Source: a virus
Lineage: Duplodnaviria; Caudoviricetes
Direction: 5' to 3' (one strand)
DNA length: 39,060 nt
Virus record (IMG/VR): IMGVR_UViG_3300032212_000064
Span: 1-39,060 of that record
Shown: positions 9,167-16,686 of the stretch, in pieces
How positions within the stretch are numbered: position 1 is the first letter of the stretch
How the letters are laid out: the number at the start of each line of letters is the position of its first letter
The notes under the pieces: model-generated
What the model was told of the DNA's origin: nothing
The model's input: the letters and a program-made list of their open reading frames with translations, nothing else
Databases searched by the model: none
Made by a program: the position numbers and the translations under genes

Positions 9167-10446
9167 TGCCGGGCGGGCCGGTGAGGGGCACCGACGAGCA
9201 TCGCGATTGGGTGCTCGGCGAGATCGCGGCGTGGCGTTCTGCTGAGGCTGACGGCAGCGGGCGGCGCGCGTTTACGGCATGGCAGCGCACGCACCGTCGC
9301 GACGCAGGGCACGCCTGGGCGGTCAACCGCGACGTTCAGGGGACGTGGACCGAGCTCTACGCCGAGGCCGCCGGGCGTCCAGCGTCGGCGCCCGTGCCGT
9401 ACGTGGGTCACCGCCCGCCGTCATCTGCTGCCAGGGAGACGCAGGGGGATCAGCTGTTCCCGCCGGTGCCGCCCGGGTTCGAGGCCAAGCGCGTTTCGAC
9501 CTACCGGAACGGGCAGTGGACCATCGCCGAGCCCGAGCGCATGGACGATGCCGACAGCATCGTGAAGATGATCGCCGAGCTGCCGCCGATCGTTGGCACG
9601 CGTGACTACGTGGTGCCGCCGCCGGCGCATCCACGACCGGCTGAGCTCGCTGCCTGCTACGTCATTGGCGATCACCACCTCGGCATGTACGCCGACCCGA
9701 ACGAGACCGGGGGCGCCGCATGGGACGCCGAGCACGCTGATCAGATCTTTCGTCGCGCCTTCGACACGCTCACCGTCGAGGGGATGGTGGCGTCGCGCGC
9801 GTACATCTGGGATGTGGGCGACTTCCTGCACACGGACGACACGAGCAATCAGACGTTCAGGAGCAAGCACGTGCTCGATGTGTCGGAGCGTTGGCCGCGG
9901 CTGTTCAAGCGCTGGCGGGACATGATGACCCACGCGATTGATCGCTGCCTTGAGCAGCACGAGGACGTGGTGGTGGAGATCCTGCCGGGCAACCACAACC
10001 AGCACTCTGCGTCGGCAATGGCGGTGGTGCTTGACTCTTACTACCGCAACGAGCCGCGGGTGCAGGTGTCGCAGTCAGACCGCGTGGTGCGCTTTCACAA
10101 GTGGGGCGAATGCCTCATCGGCGGAACCCACGGACACACGATCAAGATCAAAGAGATGGCGGAGAAGGTGCCAAACCTCGCTCCGAAGCTGTGGGGCGCG
10201 ACGACGCGCCGCTACATGTACACCGGGCACACGCACCACACCGAACGCCACGAGCTCGGAGGCGTCACGGTCGAAGTCTTCCGCCCGCTTTCGCCGAACG
10301 ACGCACACGCCGCCGCGCATGGACACAGCAGCGGGCGCAGCATGGAACGACTTACGCTGCACAAGCGTCGCGGGCAGATCGCCACAAACCGCGTTGACGC
10401 GGAGTGGCTCGAATGGCTGATGCGCGAAGAAAGCGAGGCCGCGTGA
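9166..10446 (+). CDS. Calcineurin-like metallophosphoesterase (426 aa)
   Basis: All five motifs present: GDHH, GDFLH, GNHN, THGH, GHTHH. Confidence 0.85.
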   Translation: MPGGPVRGTDEHRDWVLGEIAAWRSAEADGSGRRAFTAWQRTHRRDAGHAWAVNRDVQGTWTELYAEAAGRPASAPVPYVGHRPPSSAARETQGDQLFPPVPPGFEAKRVSTYRNGQWTIAEPERMDDADSIVKMIAELPPIVGTRDYVVPPPAHPRPAELAACYVIGDHHLGMYADPNETGGAAWDAEHADQIFRRAFDTLTVEGMVASRAYIWDVGDFLHTDDTSNQTFRSKHVLDVSERWPRLFKRWRDMMTHAIDRCLEQHEDVVVEILPGNHNQHSASAMAVVLDSYYRNEPRVQVSQSDRVVRFHKWGECLIGGTHGHTIKIKEMAEKVPNLAPKLWGATTRRYMYTGHTHHTERHELGGVTVEVFRPLSPNDAHAAAHGHSSGRSMERLTLHKRRGQIATNRVDAEWLEWLMREESEAA

Positions 10447-10550
10447 AGAACCCGGGTACCTGCTACGAGTGCAAGAAGCGCGTACCGGACCTCTGGCTGT
10501 GGTTCGACTGGTGGATGTGTCCCGCCTGTTTCCGAGAGGCGTGCGAATGA
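10443..10550 (+). CDS. 35-aa CxxC...CxxC zinc-finger microprotein (absent from ORF track)
   Basis: MKNPGTCYECKKRVPDLWLWFDWWMCPACFREACE; GTGA and ATGA overlaps at both ends. Confidence 0.65.
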   Translation: MKNPGTCYECKKRVPDLWLWFDWWMCPACFREACE

Positions 10551-10768
10551 TCCAGTGCGACGACGAATGCCCACCGCAGCCATGGCTCGGCGCGGCGCTG
10601 ATCGGTGCCGCCGCAACGCTTGCCGCCGCTGCCGTCGGGCCGGTGATTGCTGCCGTCGTCGAGGGCCGCCGCGAGCGCAGGGCAGAAGCGCGAGCCCTCG
10701 GCCGGCTCGAAGGGCTGCTCGGCGTGGTCGGGCTCGAAGACGACGCCAGCGAGGACGAAGACGAATGA
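10547..10768 (+). CDS. Small single-TM holin-like protein (73 aa)
   Basis: WLGAALIGAAATLAAAAVGPVIAAVV followed by RRERR and an acidic tail; two genes before the endolysin. Confidence 0.5.
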   Translation: MIQCDDECPPQPWLGAALIGAAATLAAAAVGPVIAAVVEGRRERRAEARALGRLEGLLGVVGLEDDASEDEDE

Positions 10769-10962
10769 GCGAGCAGCGCACGCTGATCATCAGCGCCGCG
10801 TTGGCTGTGCTGGACGCTCACGCCGGCCGGCATGAGCCGGCGCACCTGCTGCTGGCACGCAAGATCGCGACGCTGGCAGGACATCCCGACCCGGGGCGCA
10901 CGTTGGTTTTTACCAAACGCCAAGCGCCCGAAGATGCCAACGAAGAGGACGACACCGAATGA
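10765..10962 (+). CDS. Hypothetical protein (65 aa)
   Basis: ATGA overlaps at both ends. Confidence 0.55.
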   Translation: MSEQRTLIISAALAVLDAHAGRHEPAHLLLARKIATLAGHPDPGRTLVFTKRQAPEDANEEDDTE

Positions 10963-11798
10963 GCCGACGACGCACCTACGCCAGGGCCAAGGAATACACC
11001 GGGCCGCGCCGGCTCGTGCTCGATGTGAGCCACTGGCAGGGCATGATTGACTTCGAGCAGGTCGCGGGCGACATCCAGCAGCCCGCCGCGGTGATCGTGC
11101 GCCTCGGCGATGGCAAGACCGACGACACGAAGGGCGCGGGCTACCTGCGCGACGCCAAGGCCGCGGGACTGCTCGTCGGGGCGTACCGCTACCTTCGCGC
11201 CGATCACCCGCTGTCGCTGATGGTGGAGTCGGACAAGCGCGTACTCGATGCGGCCGGCGTCGAGCTCGACCTACCGCTGTGCCCCGACCTCGAGGGCGCG
11301 CCCGACCCTGACGGCCAAGGCGAGCGGAAAGCGAAGGGCGCATGGCAGAACGTCAGCCCGACGCCCGACCCCGACACAGCCGAGGTGCTCGAGCGTACGC
11401 ACGAGTACATCGAGCACGCCTACGCGCTGACGGGAAAGCAGCCCTGGCTGTACACTGGCCGCGCGTGGCTCGACTACGTGCGCAACCCGCCGGCATGGGC
11501 CGCGCAGACGCCGCTTTGGCTGGCCATCGGCGCGGGCGGGCGCATCCCGAACCCGTGGCTGCTCGGCGACGTTGTGCTGCACCAGTACAGCGCCAAGGGG
11601 CGCGTGCGCGGCATCAACGAGCCGGTGGACTGCAATCACTTCCACGGCACGATCGACGACCTGCGCGGCACGCCAGCGGTGCCAGAGGACATCGACCGCG
11701 CCGCGGTGCTCTACGGCCTGGCGGACGGCGCGCCCGAAGCCGAGCGGGAGATTCTGCTACGTGCCGCTGGTGAGCTCGGCTCGCTTCGCGTCTGCTGA
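10959..11798 (+). CDS. Endolysin, glycoside hydrolase family 25 muramidase
   Basis: DVSHWQG, GAYRY, catalytic DLE, LYT, PLWLA, LHQYS and VDCN motifs. Confidence 0.9.
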   Translation: MSRRRTYARAKEYTGPRRLVLDVSHWQGMIDFEQVAGDIQQPAAVIVRLGDGKTDDTKGAGYLRDAKAAGLLVGAYRYLRADHPLSLMVESDKRVLDAAGVELDLPLCPDLEGAPDPDGQGERKAKGAWQNVSPTPDPDTAEVLERTHEYIEHAYALTGKQPWLYTGRAWLDYVRNPPAWAAQTPLWLAIGAGGRIPNPWLLGDVVLHQYSAKGRVRGINEPVDCNHFHGTIDDLRGTPAVPEDIDRAAVLYGLADGAPEAEREILLRAAGELGSLRVC

Positions 11799-11800
11799 CG

Positions 11801-12079
11801 TCAGCCTGCCTCGCGGCGCCGCCCCGCTTCGATGCGCTCGAGGCGCCGCAGTCCAGCACGCGTGACGCGGAACAGCTTGCGCACCGGCTGACGGCGAGCA
11901 CCGGACCAAGCCGGCCGCTTGGGCTGGTACAGGCCGAGCCACATCGTTTCGGCGAGGCCGAGGCGTTCGAGCTCGCAGCAGGCGCCGTGCTCTGCGCCGA
12001 TGTCGCGCGGCACGCGGTGCGTGCGCTCCGCGGCAAGCAGTCGAAGGGCGGTGATGGCTTGTTCGCTGAGCAGGGGCAT
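11801..12079 (-). CDS. Hypothetical, possibly winged-helix protein (92 aa)
   Basis: LSEQAITALRLL...LERLGL...FRVTRAG pattern; last gene of leftward unit. Confidence 0.5.
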   Translation of the reverse strand: MPLLSEQAITALRLLAAERTHRVPRDIGAEHGACCELERLGLAETMWLGLYQPKRPAWSGARRQPVRKLFRVTRAGLRRLERIEAGRRREAG

Positions 12080-12091
12080 GCTCGACGGACG

Positions 12092-12262
12092 TCAGGCGTC
12101 GGGGTCGACTGACGGAATGCGCGTCCATCGTGGCGTCCGGCGTGTCCAGTGGTCGCGCCATCCGATGCGCCCTGACGGCAGAGGTGGGCGGCCAACCACG
12201 ACGACGCGGGAGGGCCGCAGCCAGATGGCGCAGTTGCGGCCCGCGACGATGACCGGCCTCAT
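12092..12262 (-). CDS. Hypothetical protein (56 aa, absent from ORF track)
   Basis: MRPVIVAGRNCAIWLRP...; ATGA overlap with upstream gene. Confidence 0.4.
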   Translation of the reverse strand: MRPVIVAGRNCAIWLRPSRVVVVGRPPLPSGRIGWRDHWTRRTPRWTRIPSVDPDA

Positions 12263-12462
12263 GACTCGCCTTCAGGCCGCTGCACGACGACGCGGGCGGT
12301 GCGGAGGGGGCATTCGTCGGGAGCGGCGATCCACCAATGGCGACCAGGGAGCGCCACAAGGCTGCCCAGGGTGGCGCAGAAGTCGTGACCGCAGTCCTCG
12401 GCGAAGAGCGGGCACCCCTCGCACCCGCTGTCCGGGTCGTGCTCGATCGTCAGGTCGCTCAT
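12259..12462 (-). CDS. Small Cys-rich hypothetical protein (67 aa)
   Basis: CEGCPL...C...PDECPL pattern seen in small phage proteins; coupled overlaps. Confidence 0.65.
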   Translation of the reverse strand: MSDLTIEHDPDSGCEGCPLFAEDCGHDFCATLGSLVALPGRHWWIAAPDECPLRTARVVVQRPEGES

Positions 12463-12764
12463 TCGCCTCCTCCCAAGGCCACAAGGGCACCGCGTGCCAC
12501 CGCCAACAGGTCCCGCAGCCGACCGATCTCGTCGGCGTCTCTCAGCCGCGCCGCCTTGTACATGGCCCGTTCGGAATCGCGGATCCGTGCGACCTCCGCC
12601 CGCGCCTCGTCGCGCTCGCGGGTGAGGCGCAACGCATGCCGTGCAAGAGCCCCCGCAAACACGTCGTCCGGAGACAGTGGCGGCGTCGAGTACCGCTCGA
12701 CGATGTCCTCCAGGCCGCCCGCGTCTTCGATCGCCTCATTGTCTGCTTCGCTCGTCTCCATCAC
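12459..12764 (-). CDS. Hypothetical coiled-coil protein (101 aa)
   Basis: ERDEARAEV; strong GGAGG upstream; coupled. Confidence 0.65.
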   Translation of the reverse strand: MMETSEADNEAIEDAGGLEDIVERYSTPPLSPDDVFAGALARHALRLTRERDEARAEVARIRDSERAMYKAARLRDADEIGRLRDLLAVARGALVALGGGE

Positions 12765-13057
12765 TCCTCCTCCTCCTCCGGACGTCCGCCCGGCCTCTCG
12801 TCTGACGTCTCCCGGTCGATGCCAGCCAAGCGCTCGTGCTCAGGCAGCGGAGCGAACCCGTGCTCGTCGGCGAGACTGCGTGCACTACGTACCCGCTTCG
12901 GCATGAGCATCCCGAGCGCCCAGCGACCGAGCGCAATGTGCGCGCGCCTGCCCTTAGCATACCGACCTACACCGCCCCACCGCCCGGACGCCAGGTAGCG
13001 CCCCGGCCCGACGTACTCGACCTGCACCGGCTCGCCGCGCTCGTCGAGGACAGTCAC
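12761..13057 (-). CDS. Hypothetical protein (98 aa)
   Basis: GTG 13057 overlaps upstream stop. Confidence 0.55.
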   Translation of the reverse strand: MTVLDERGEPVQVEYVGPGRYLASGRWGGVGRYAKGRRAHIALGRWALGMLMPKRVRSARSLADEHGFAPLPEHERLAGIDRETSDERPGGRPEEEEE

Positions 13058-13305
13058 CAGAGATCCTCGTCCGCGTCGATGGCGTCGCGGAGTCGCTCCG
13101 TCACCAGGTCGCACACAAGCCGCGCCACCCGCGCGGACACAGCATCGAGCGTCGGCGGGACCCGGCTGCTCGGCCACGGGAAGACGTCCTCGCTGTAGGC
13201 CGCCCGGGTCTCTGCTACGAGCGCCAGCGCCTCGTGCAAGCCACGCAGCCGCCCGTTGGCAGCCGCTAGGGTACGTATCTCCGCGATCGCGTCGCGCTCA
13301 CCCAT
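13054..13305 (-). CDS. Hypothetical protein (83 aa)
   Basis: GAGGTG SD upstream; YSEDVFP motif; coupled. Confidence 0.6.
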   Translation of the reverse strand: MGERDAIAEIRTLAAANGRLRGLHEALALVAETRAAYSEDVFPWPSSRVPPTLDAVSARVARLVCDLVTERLRDAIDADEDLW

Positions 13306-13576
13306 CGCTCACCTCACCCTCTGCGGATGCTGGGGCGGCGATCATGTCGAGCGCCGGGATGGCCCATCGCGGGCACTCCGGCTGGTGTCTCTTCAGCACG
13401 CCGCAGCGACACGCACCCTGGCTAGCGATGGCCCGCAGCATGTCCGCCGCGTCGTGCAGCATCCGCGCCTCGGATCCGCCGAGGTAGTCCGCCGGCTCGG
13501 CGTCGCGACCGTAGAGCGCGCGGCAGAGCCGCTCCGTGCCGTCAGCACCCCGGCCCGATCCCCGGCTACCGGTCAC
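13298..13576 (-). CDS. Hypothetical protein (92 aa), starts within left attP arm
   Basis: Overlaps both neighbours; CRCG...HQPEC; start uncertain. Confidence 0.5.
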   Translation of the reverse strand: MTGSRGSGRGADGTERLCRALYGRDAEPADYLGGSEARMLHDAADMLRAIASQGACRCGVLKRHQPECPRWAIPALDMIAAPASAEGEVSDG

Positions 13577-13806
13577 GATCGGGCCCCCCGTGGCCCTGCT
13601 CGGCAGTTGTTGCCGAGATGAAAACGCCTGAAATCCCAGGCTCAGAGGCGCCGGCCGAGCTGACTGCTACCTTCCCAAGCTGAATGTCGCCGGTTCGAAC
13701 CCGGTCGCCCGCTCTCTCGTTTCTCATGTAATCCCCAGTGGTTACGGATTCGGCGCCAGGCGCCTCTTTGGCCGACTTTAGCGGGATCCCCGGCTCGATC
13801 CCCGGC
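13545..13806. repeat. Putative integrase arm-type sites flanking the attP core
   Basis: GATCCCCGGC at 13557-13566, 13785-13794, 13797-13806 and variant GCACCCCGGC at 13545-13554; two tandem pairs each with 12-bp period. Confidence 0.75.
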
Positions 13807-14390
13807 AAACGCGCAGAAAGGGGCATCTGCGCCAGCCGGATCAGCAGTTCGCGAAACGCGGGCGGCGTGGCCTTCGCCTCCACTTTGCCCAGCCGCGGAA
13901 CGTCAGGATAGCGGTCGTGGTCTCCCCATGACACCCACGCCTCCCCGGGAGCGTCTGACCAGTCGAGCGCTGGCGGTGCCGCGCCCACGAAGTAGAGCCA
14001 TGTGCGCTTACGAGCTCGATGGCCGTAGGCGGACTGCGATACCTCGGTCACCCAACCGGGGCCGAACATTTCGCGCGCCCAGCCGCCCCGCGGAGGGCGC
14101 GGCAGGTCGTGAGCAGGCCACGCCATCGAATAGGCCGGGTGCTCAAGTACCCCGCCGAAACGTCTGACCGCCGCGAGCGCTGCCGCAAAGCAGCCGCCGT
14201 CGTCGCCGACCGCCTGCCCGTAGCGAGCCTGATTGACGTTGGCCATCTGGCACCACCGGTTGCATGGCGGATGGGCGACCACCGGATGTGGCCCGGCGTA
14301 CAATCGCGCATCGCGCTGCTCATCCCACGGGTCGACGTCGGGAAGGCCGAAGTACGCGCCGCCCGTTTCAACGTAGAGCGCGGCGATCAC
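13566..14390 (-). CDS. Minimal DNA cytosine-C5 methyltransferase-like protein whose C-terminal extension spans attP
   Basis: AHPPC (catalytic PC), GGVLEHP (motif VI-like), YGHRARKRTWLY (motif VIII-like); motif I degenerate; GTGA-coupled to int. Confidence 0.65.
   Translation of the reverse strand: MIAALYVETGGAYFGLPDVDPWDEQRDARLYAGPHPVVAHPPCNRWCQMANVNQARYGQAVGDDGGCFAAALAAVRRFGGVLEHPAYSMAWPAHDLPRPPRGGWAREMFGPGWVTEVSQSAYGHRARKRTWLYFVGAAPPALDWSDAPGEAWVSWGDHDRYPDVPRLGKVEAKATPPAFRELLIRLAQMPLSARLPGIEPGIPLKSAKEAPGAESVTTGDYMRNERAGDRVRTGDIQLGKVAVSSAGASEPGISGVFISATTAEQGHGGPDRDR
13671..13714 (+). mobile_element. attP common core: 3' half of tRNA-Gly(CCC)
   Basis: C-TTCCCAA-GCTGA-ATGTC-GCCGG-TTCGAAC-CCGGT-CGCCCGC-TC gives anticodon loop, 3' anticodon strand, T arm and 3' acceptor strand; no 5' half; about 670 bp from integrase stop. 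Confidence 0.9.
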
Positions 14391-15553
14391 CCCTCACCCC
14401 TCACCATCGCGACCACGGCGCCAACCGCCGCGTGCCGTTCGTCCAGCGTAACCGTCGAGTACCGTTCGCCGATCGCCTCGTCTGCGTGTCCGACCAGCGC
14501 GCGGCGCACCAGCTCGGAGGCGTTCTGCCTGACGAGGTTGTTATAGCTGTGGCGCAACATGTGAACCGCCGGCCGCCCATCGAGCGCGATCTTCGCGGCG
14601 GCGCAGACGCGCAACACAGCCTTGCGCGCGTAGATGTTCGCGACGTGCCCGCCGTTGATGCGCGACGGAAACACCAGCGGCGAATCGCACCCGACCTGTT
14701 GACCGGCGACCATCGCGCGCCGATGCTCGCGAAGCGTCTCGGCGAGCTCGCGCGGGATGACCACGGTGCGCTTGCTGGCGCGCGCCTTCGTGTGCCCGAC
14801 CACACCGCGCCAGACCGCCCGGCGAACGCGAATCGTGCGCGCGTCGAGGTCGACGTCGTGCCACTCGAGCGCCGACGCCTCGCCGAAGCGGAGCCCGGTC
14901 CACGCCATCGTCGCGACCAGCGCCCATGAGCGGCGCCATGCCTTCGTGATTTCGCCGCGCTTCGTGACGCCGACCGTCGGCCCGGTCGCGAGGAATCGCC
15001 GCAGCTCGGCCAGCGTCAGCCCGCGGCCCGCGTCTTCGGCGGCCTCCTCTTCGCGCACGTCACGACGCACGCTGACGCGGTGGACGATGCGTGGAATGCC
15101 CTCCTCGCGCGCGAACGTCCGCAGCACGCGGAGCCGGCCGTCGATCGTGCTCGATGCGTCGCCGCCTTCGCGCGCCCCGGCGAGTGCTTCGCGGACGTCC
15201 GACGGTTCGAGCTCGGCGAGGTAGTAGTCGCCGAGCACCGCTTCCCACCATTTGACCGCGGACGCGTACGTCGAGGCTGTCGACGGGCGCACGGTCGCGC
15301 GCTTCTGCTCCAGCCACATCTGCATCGCCTCACCCAGCCTCGCCGGGCCTGCGCTTGCCGCTCGTCGCCCGCGTTCCGCCAGCCAGGCGGCGCGCTCGTT
15401 CGCGCGGAGTTTCGCCGCGTCGGCGGCGCTTGGCGCCTGCACGATGCGATCGATCTCCGACACGCGGCCCGTCTTCGGGTGCCGCAGCTCGGCGCGTATC
15501 CGGTACCGCCCGCGGCCCAGCGGGGTCACCCCCGGGTGCTTCTTTCTTGGCAT
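14387..15553 (-). CDS. int: Tyrosine integrase (388 aa; alternative start 15589)
   Basis: TGLRFGEASAL, HMLRHS, VGH and ERY catalytic residues; N-terminal arm-binding-like region; GGAG upstream. Confidence 0.93.
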   Translation of the reverse strand: MPRKKHPGVTPLGRGRYRIRAELRHPKTGRVSEIDRIVQAPSAADAAKLRANERAAWLAERGRRAASAGPARLGEAMQMWLEQKRATVRPSTASTYASAVKWWEAVLGDYYLAELEPSDVREALAGAREGGDASSTIDGRLRVLRTFAREEGIPRIVHRVSVRRDVREEEAAEDAGRGLTLAELRRFLATGPTVGVTKRGEITKAWRRSWALVATMAWTGLRFGEASALEWHDVDLDARTIRVRRAVWRGVVGHTKARASKRTVVIPRELAETLREHRRAMVAGQQVGCDSPLVFPSRINGGHVANIYARKAVLRVCAAAKIALDGRPAVHMLRHSYNNLVRQNASELVRRALVGHADEAIGERYSTVTLDERHAAVGAVVAMVRGEG

Positions 15554-15752
15554 CCCGTCGTCCTCTCCCTCGGATCCACGCGTCCACATCGACGACGCGG
15601 AACAGCAGCTTGCCGCGAGCTCCGCGGCCGTACACCGGCGGGCCCTTGCCGCGGCGCACCATCTTCGCGACGCCGTTGGCTTGCGCCCCGATCACGCGGC
15701 CCACCTCGGCAGCCGTCATCAGCGCCGGCAGCGTCTCGGCCGGGTCACTCAT
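15330..15752 (-). CDS. xis: Putative excisionase (AlpA/MerR-like HTH), frame overlaps int
   Basis: LMTAAEVGRVIG...MVRRGKGPP...LLFRVVDVDAWI directly upstream of int. Confidence 0.7.
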   Translation of the reverse strand: MSDPAETLPALMTAAEVGRVIGAQANGVAKMVRRGKGPPVYGRGARGKLLFRVVDVDAWIRGRGRRDAKKEAPGGDPAGPRAVPDTRRAAAPEDGPRVGDRSHRAGAKRRRRGETPRERARRLAGGTRATSGKRRPGEAG

Positions 15753-16144
15753 CGCGCACCGCCTTCGGCCAGCGGGCAATCCGTCGGGCCGACGCACCGG
15801 CATGTGCCAGCCTCCGACCCGCGCGGGTGCCGCTGCCGACAGCTGCCGCCGTTGGCTCGGGGCAAGTCCACCTTCACCATGTCCCGCCGCTCCACGACTA
15901 CGGCCAACACCTTCGGTTTGCCGATCACCTTGGCGTTGATACGCCGCTCCAGCTTGGCGCCGTCGCTCTTCACCACAAACCCCTGCTTGGCCGCCGCGAG
16001 CAGGAACGAGAGCTCGCTCATCGCTTCGCGAAGCGCCTGTTCGTGGACCTGCCCGACGGTGCAATCTGCTCCCCAGTGTCCACCCCGCGGATTGATCTCC
16101 AAGGTCACCTGCACGCGAGCCGTCGCTTTGCCTTCCGCCATCAC
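15749..16144 (-). CDS. Hypothetical protein (131 aa)
   Basis: Four-base overlaps at both ends. Confidence 0.6.
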   Translation of the reverse strand: MMAEGKATARVQVTLEINPRGGHWGADCTVGQVHEQALREAMSELSFLLAAAKQGFVVKSDGAKLERRINAKVIGKPKVLAVVVERRDMVKVDLPRANGGSCRQRHPRGSEAGTCRCVGPTDCPLAEGGAR

Positions 16145-16686
16145 GCACCCCCTTCGTCGAGCGCGGCGAGGGCGCGTTCCACCGCCATCCGGGCCCCACA
16201 GTCGCGCGGGATCATGATCGCCCCGTTACGGCGCGCGGAGAGTAGAGACCGAGTGCGCCGCTCGACTTTGCGCAGCCGCTCGACCACCGCGCGCATGCGG
16301 TCGCGCTCGGCTCGCATGGAGTCAATGATGCACCGGGACGCAGTCATCAGTGCGGCCTCAGTTAGGCGACCCTCCACCGCCAGCCGCCGCCACCCGGCCG
16401 CCATGAAGCGGGCGTGTCGGAGCGACGCCTCGACCTCGATGCAGCCGTCGGTCATGTCCGCGAAGCCGCGCGAAAGGCACTCGGTCTCCGCTTCCAGCTT
16501 CGCCAGCTTCAGTGACCGCGCGACGCTCTCCGTCCCGAGCCGCGCCGTCTCGATGGCCAGCCGCTCGCGTTCAGCCTCAGCCGCCAGCGCACGGTCACGC
16601 CAGCGCGCGAGCTCGGCGAAGCTGACGGGGCGCACCTCGAACGCATCGCCTTCAGCCGGCTCGGCGTCGTTGTCGGGATCGCTCAT
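16141..16686 (-). CDS. Hypothetical coiled-coil protein (181 aa)
   Basis: RALAAEAERERL; coupled. Confidence 0.6.
   Translation of the reverse strand: MSDPDNDAEPAEGDAFEVRPVSFAELARWRDRALAAEAERERLAIETARLGTESVARSLKLAKLEAETECLSRGFADMTDGCIEVEASLRHARFMAAGWRRLAVEGRLTEAALMTASRCIIDSMRAERDRMRAVVERLRKVERRTRSLLSARRNGAIMIPRDCGARMAVERALAALDEGGA

Noticed and set aside
11794-11805. Second initiator-binding site because it shares CTGACGTCA with the iterons
   Set aside because: Single copy without the GGTGAC end; explained by two converging TGA stops
13640-13717. Complete tRNA-Gly gene
   Set aside because: No 5' acceptor strand, D arm or 5' anticodon strand, and no encoded CCA; it is an attP core
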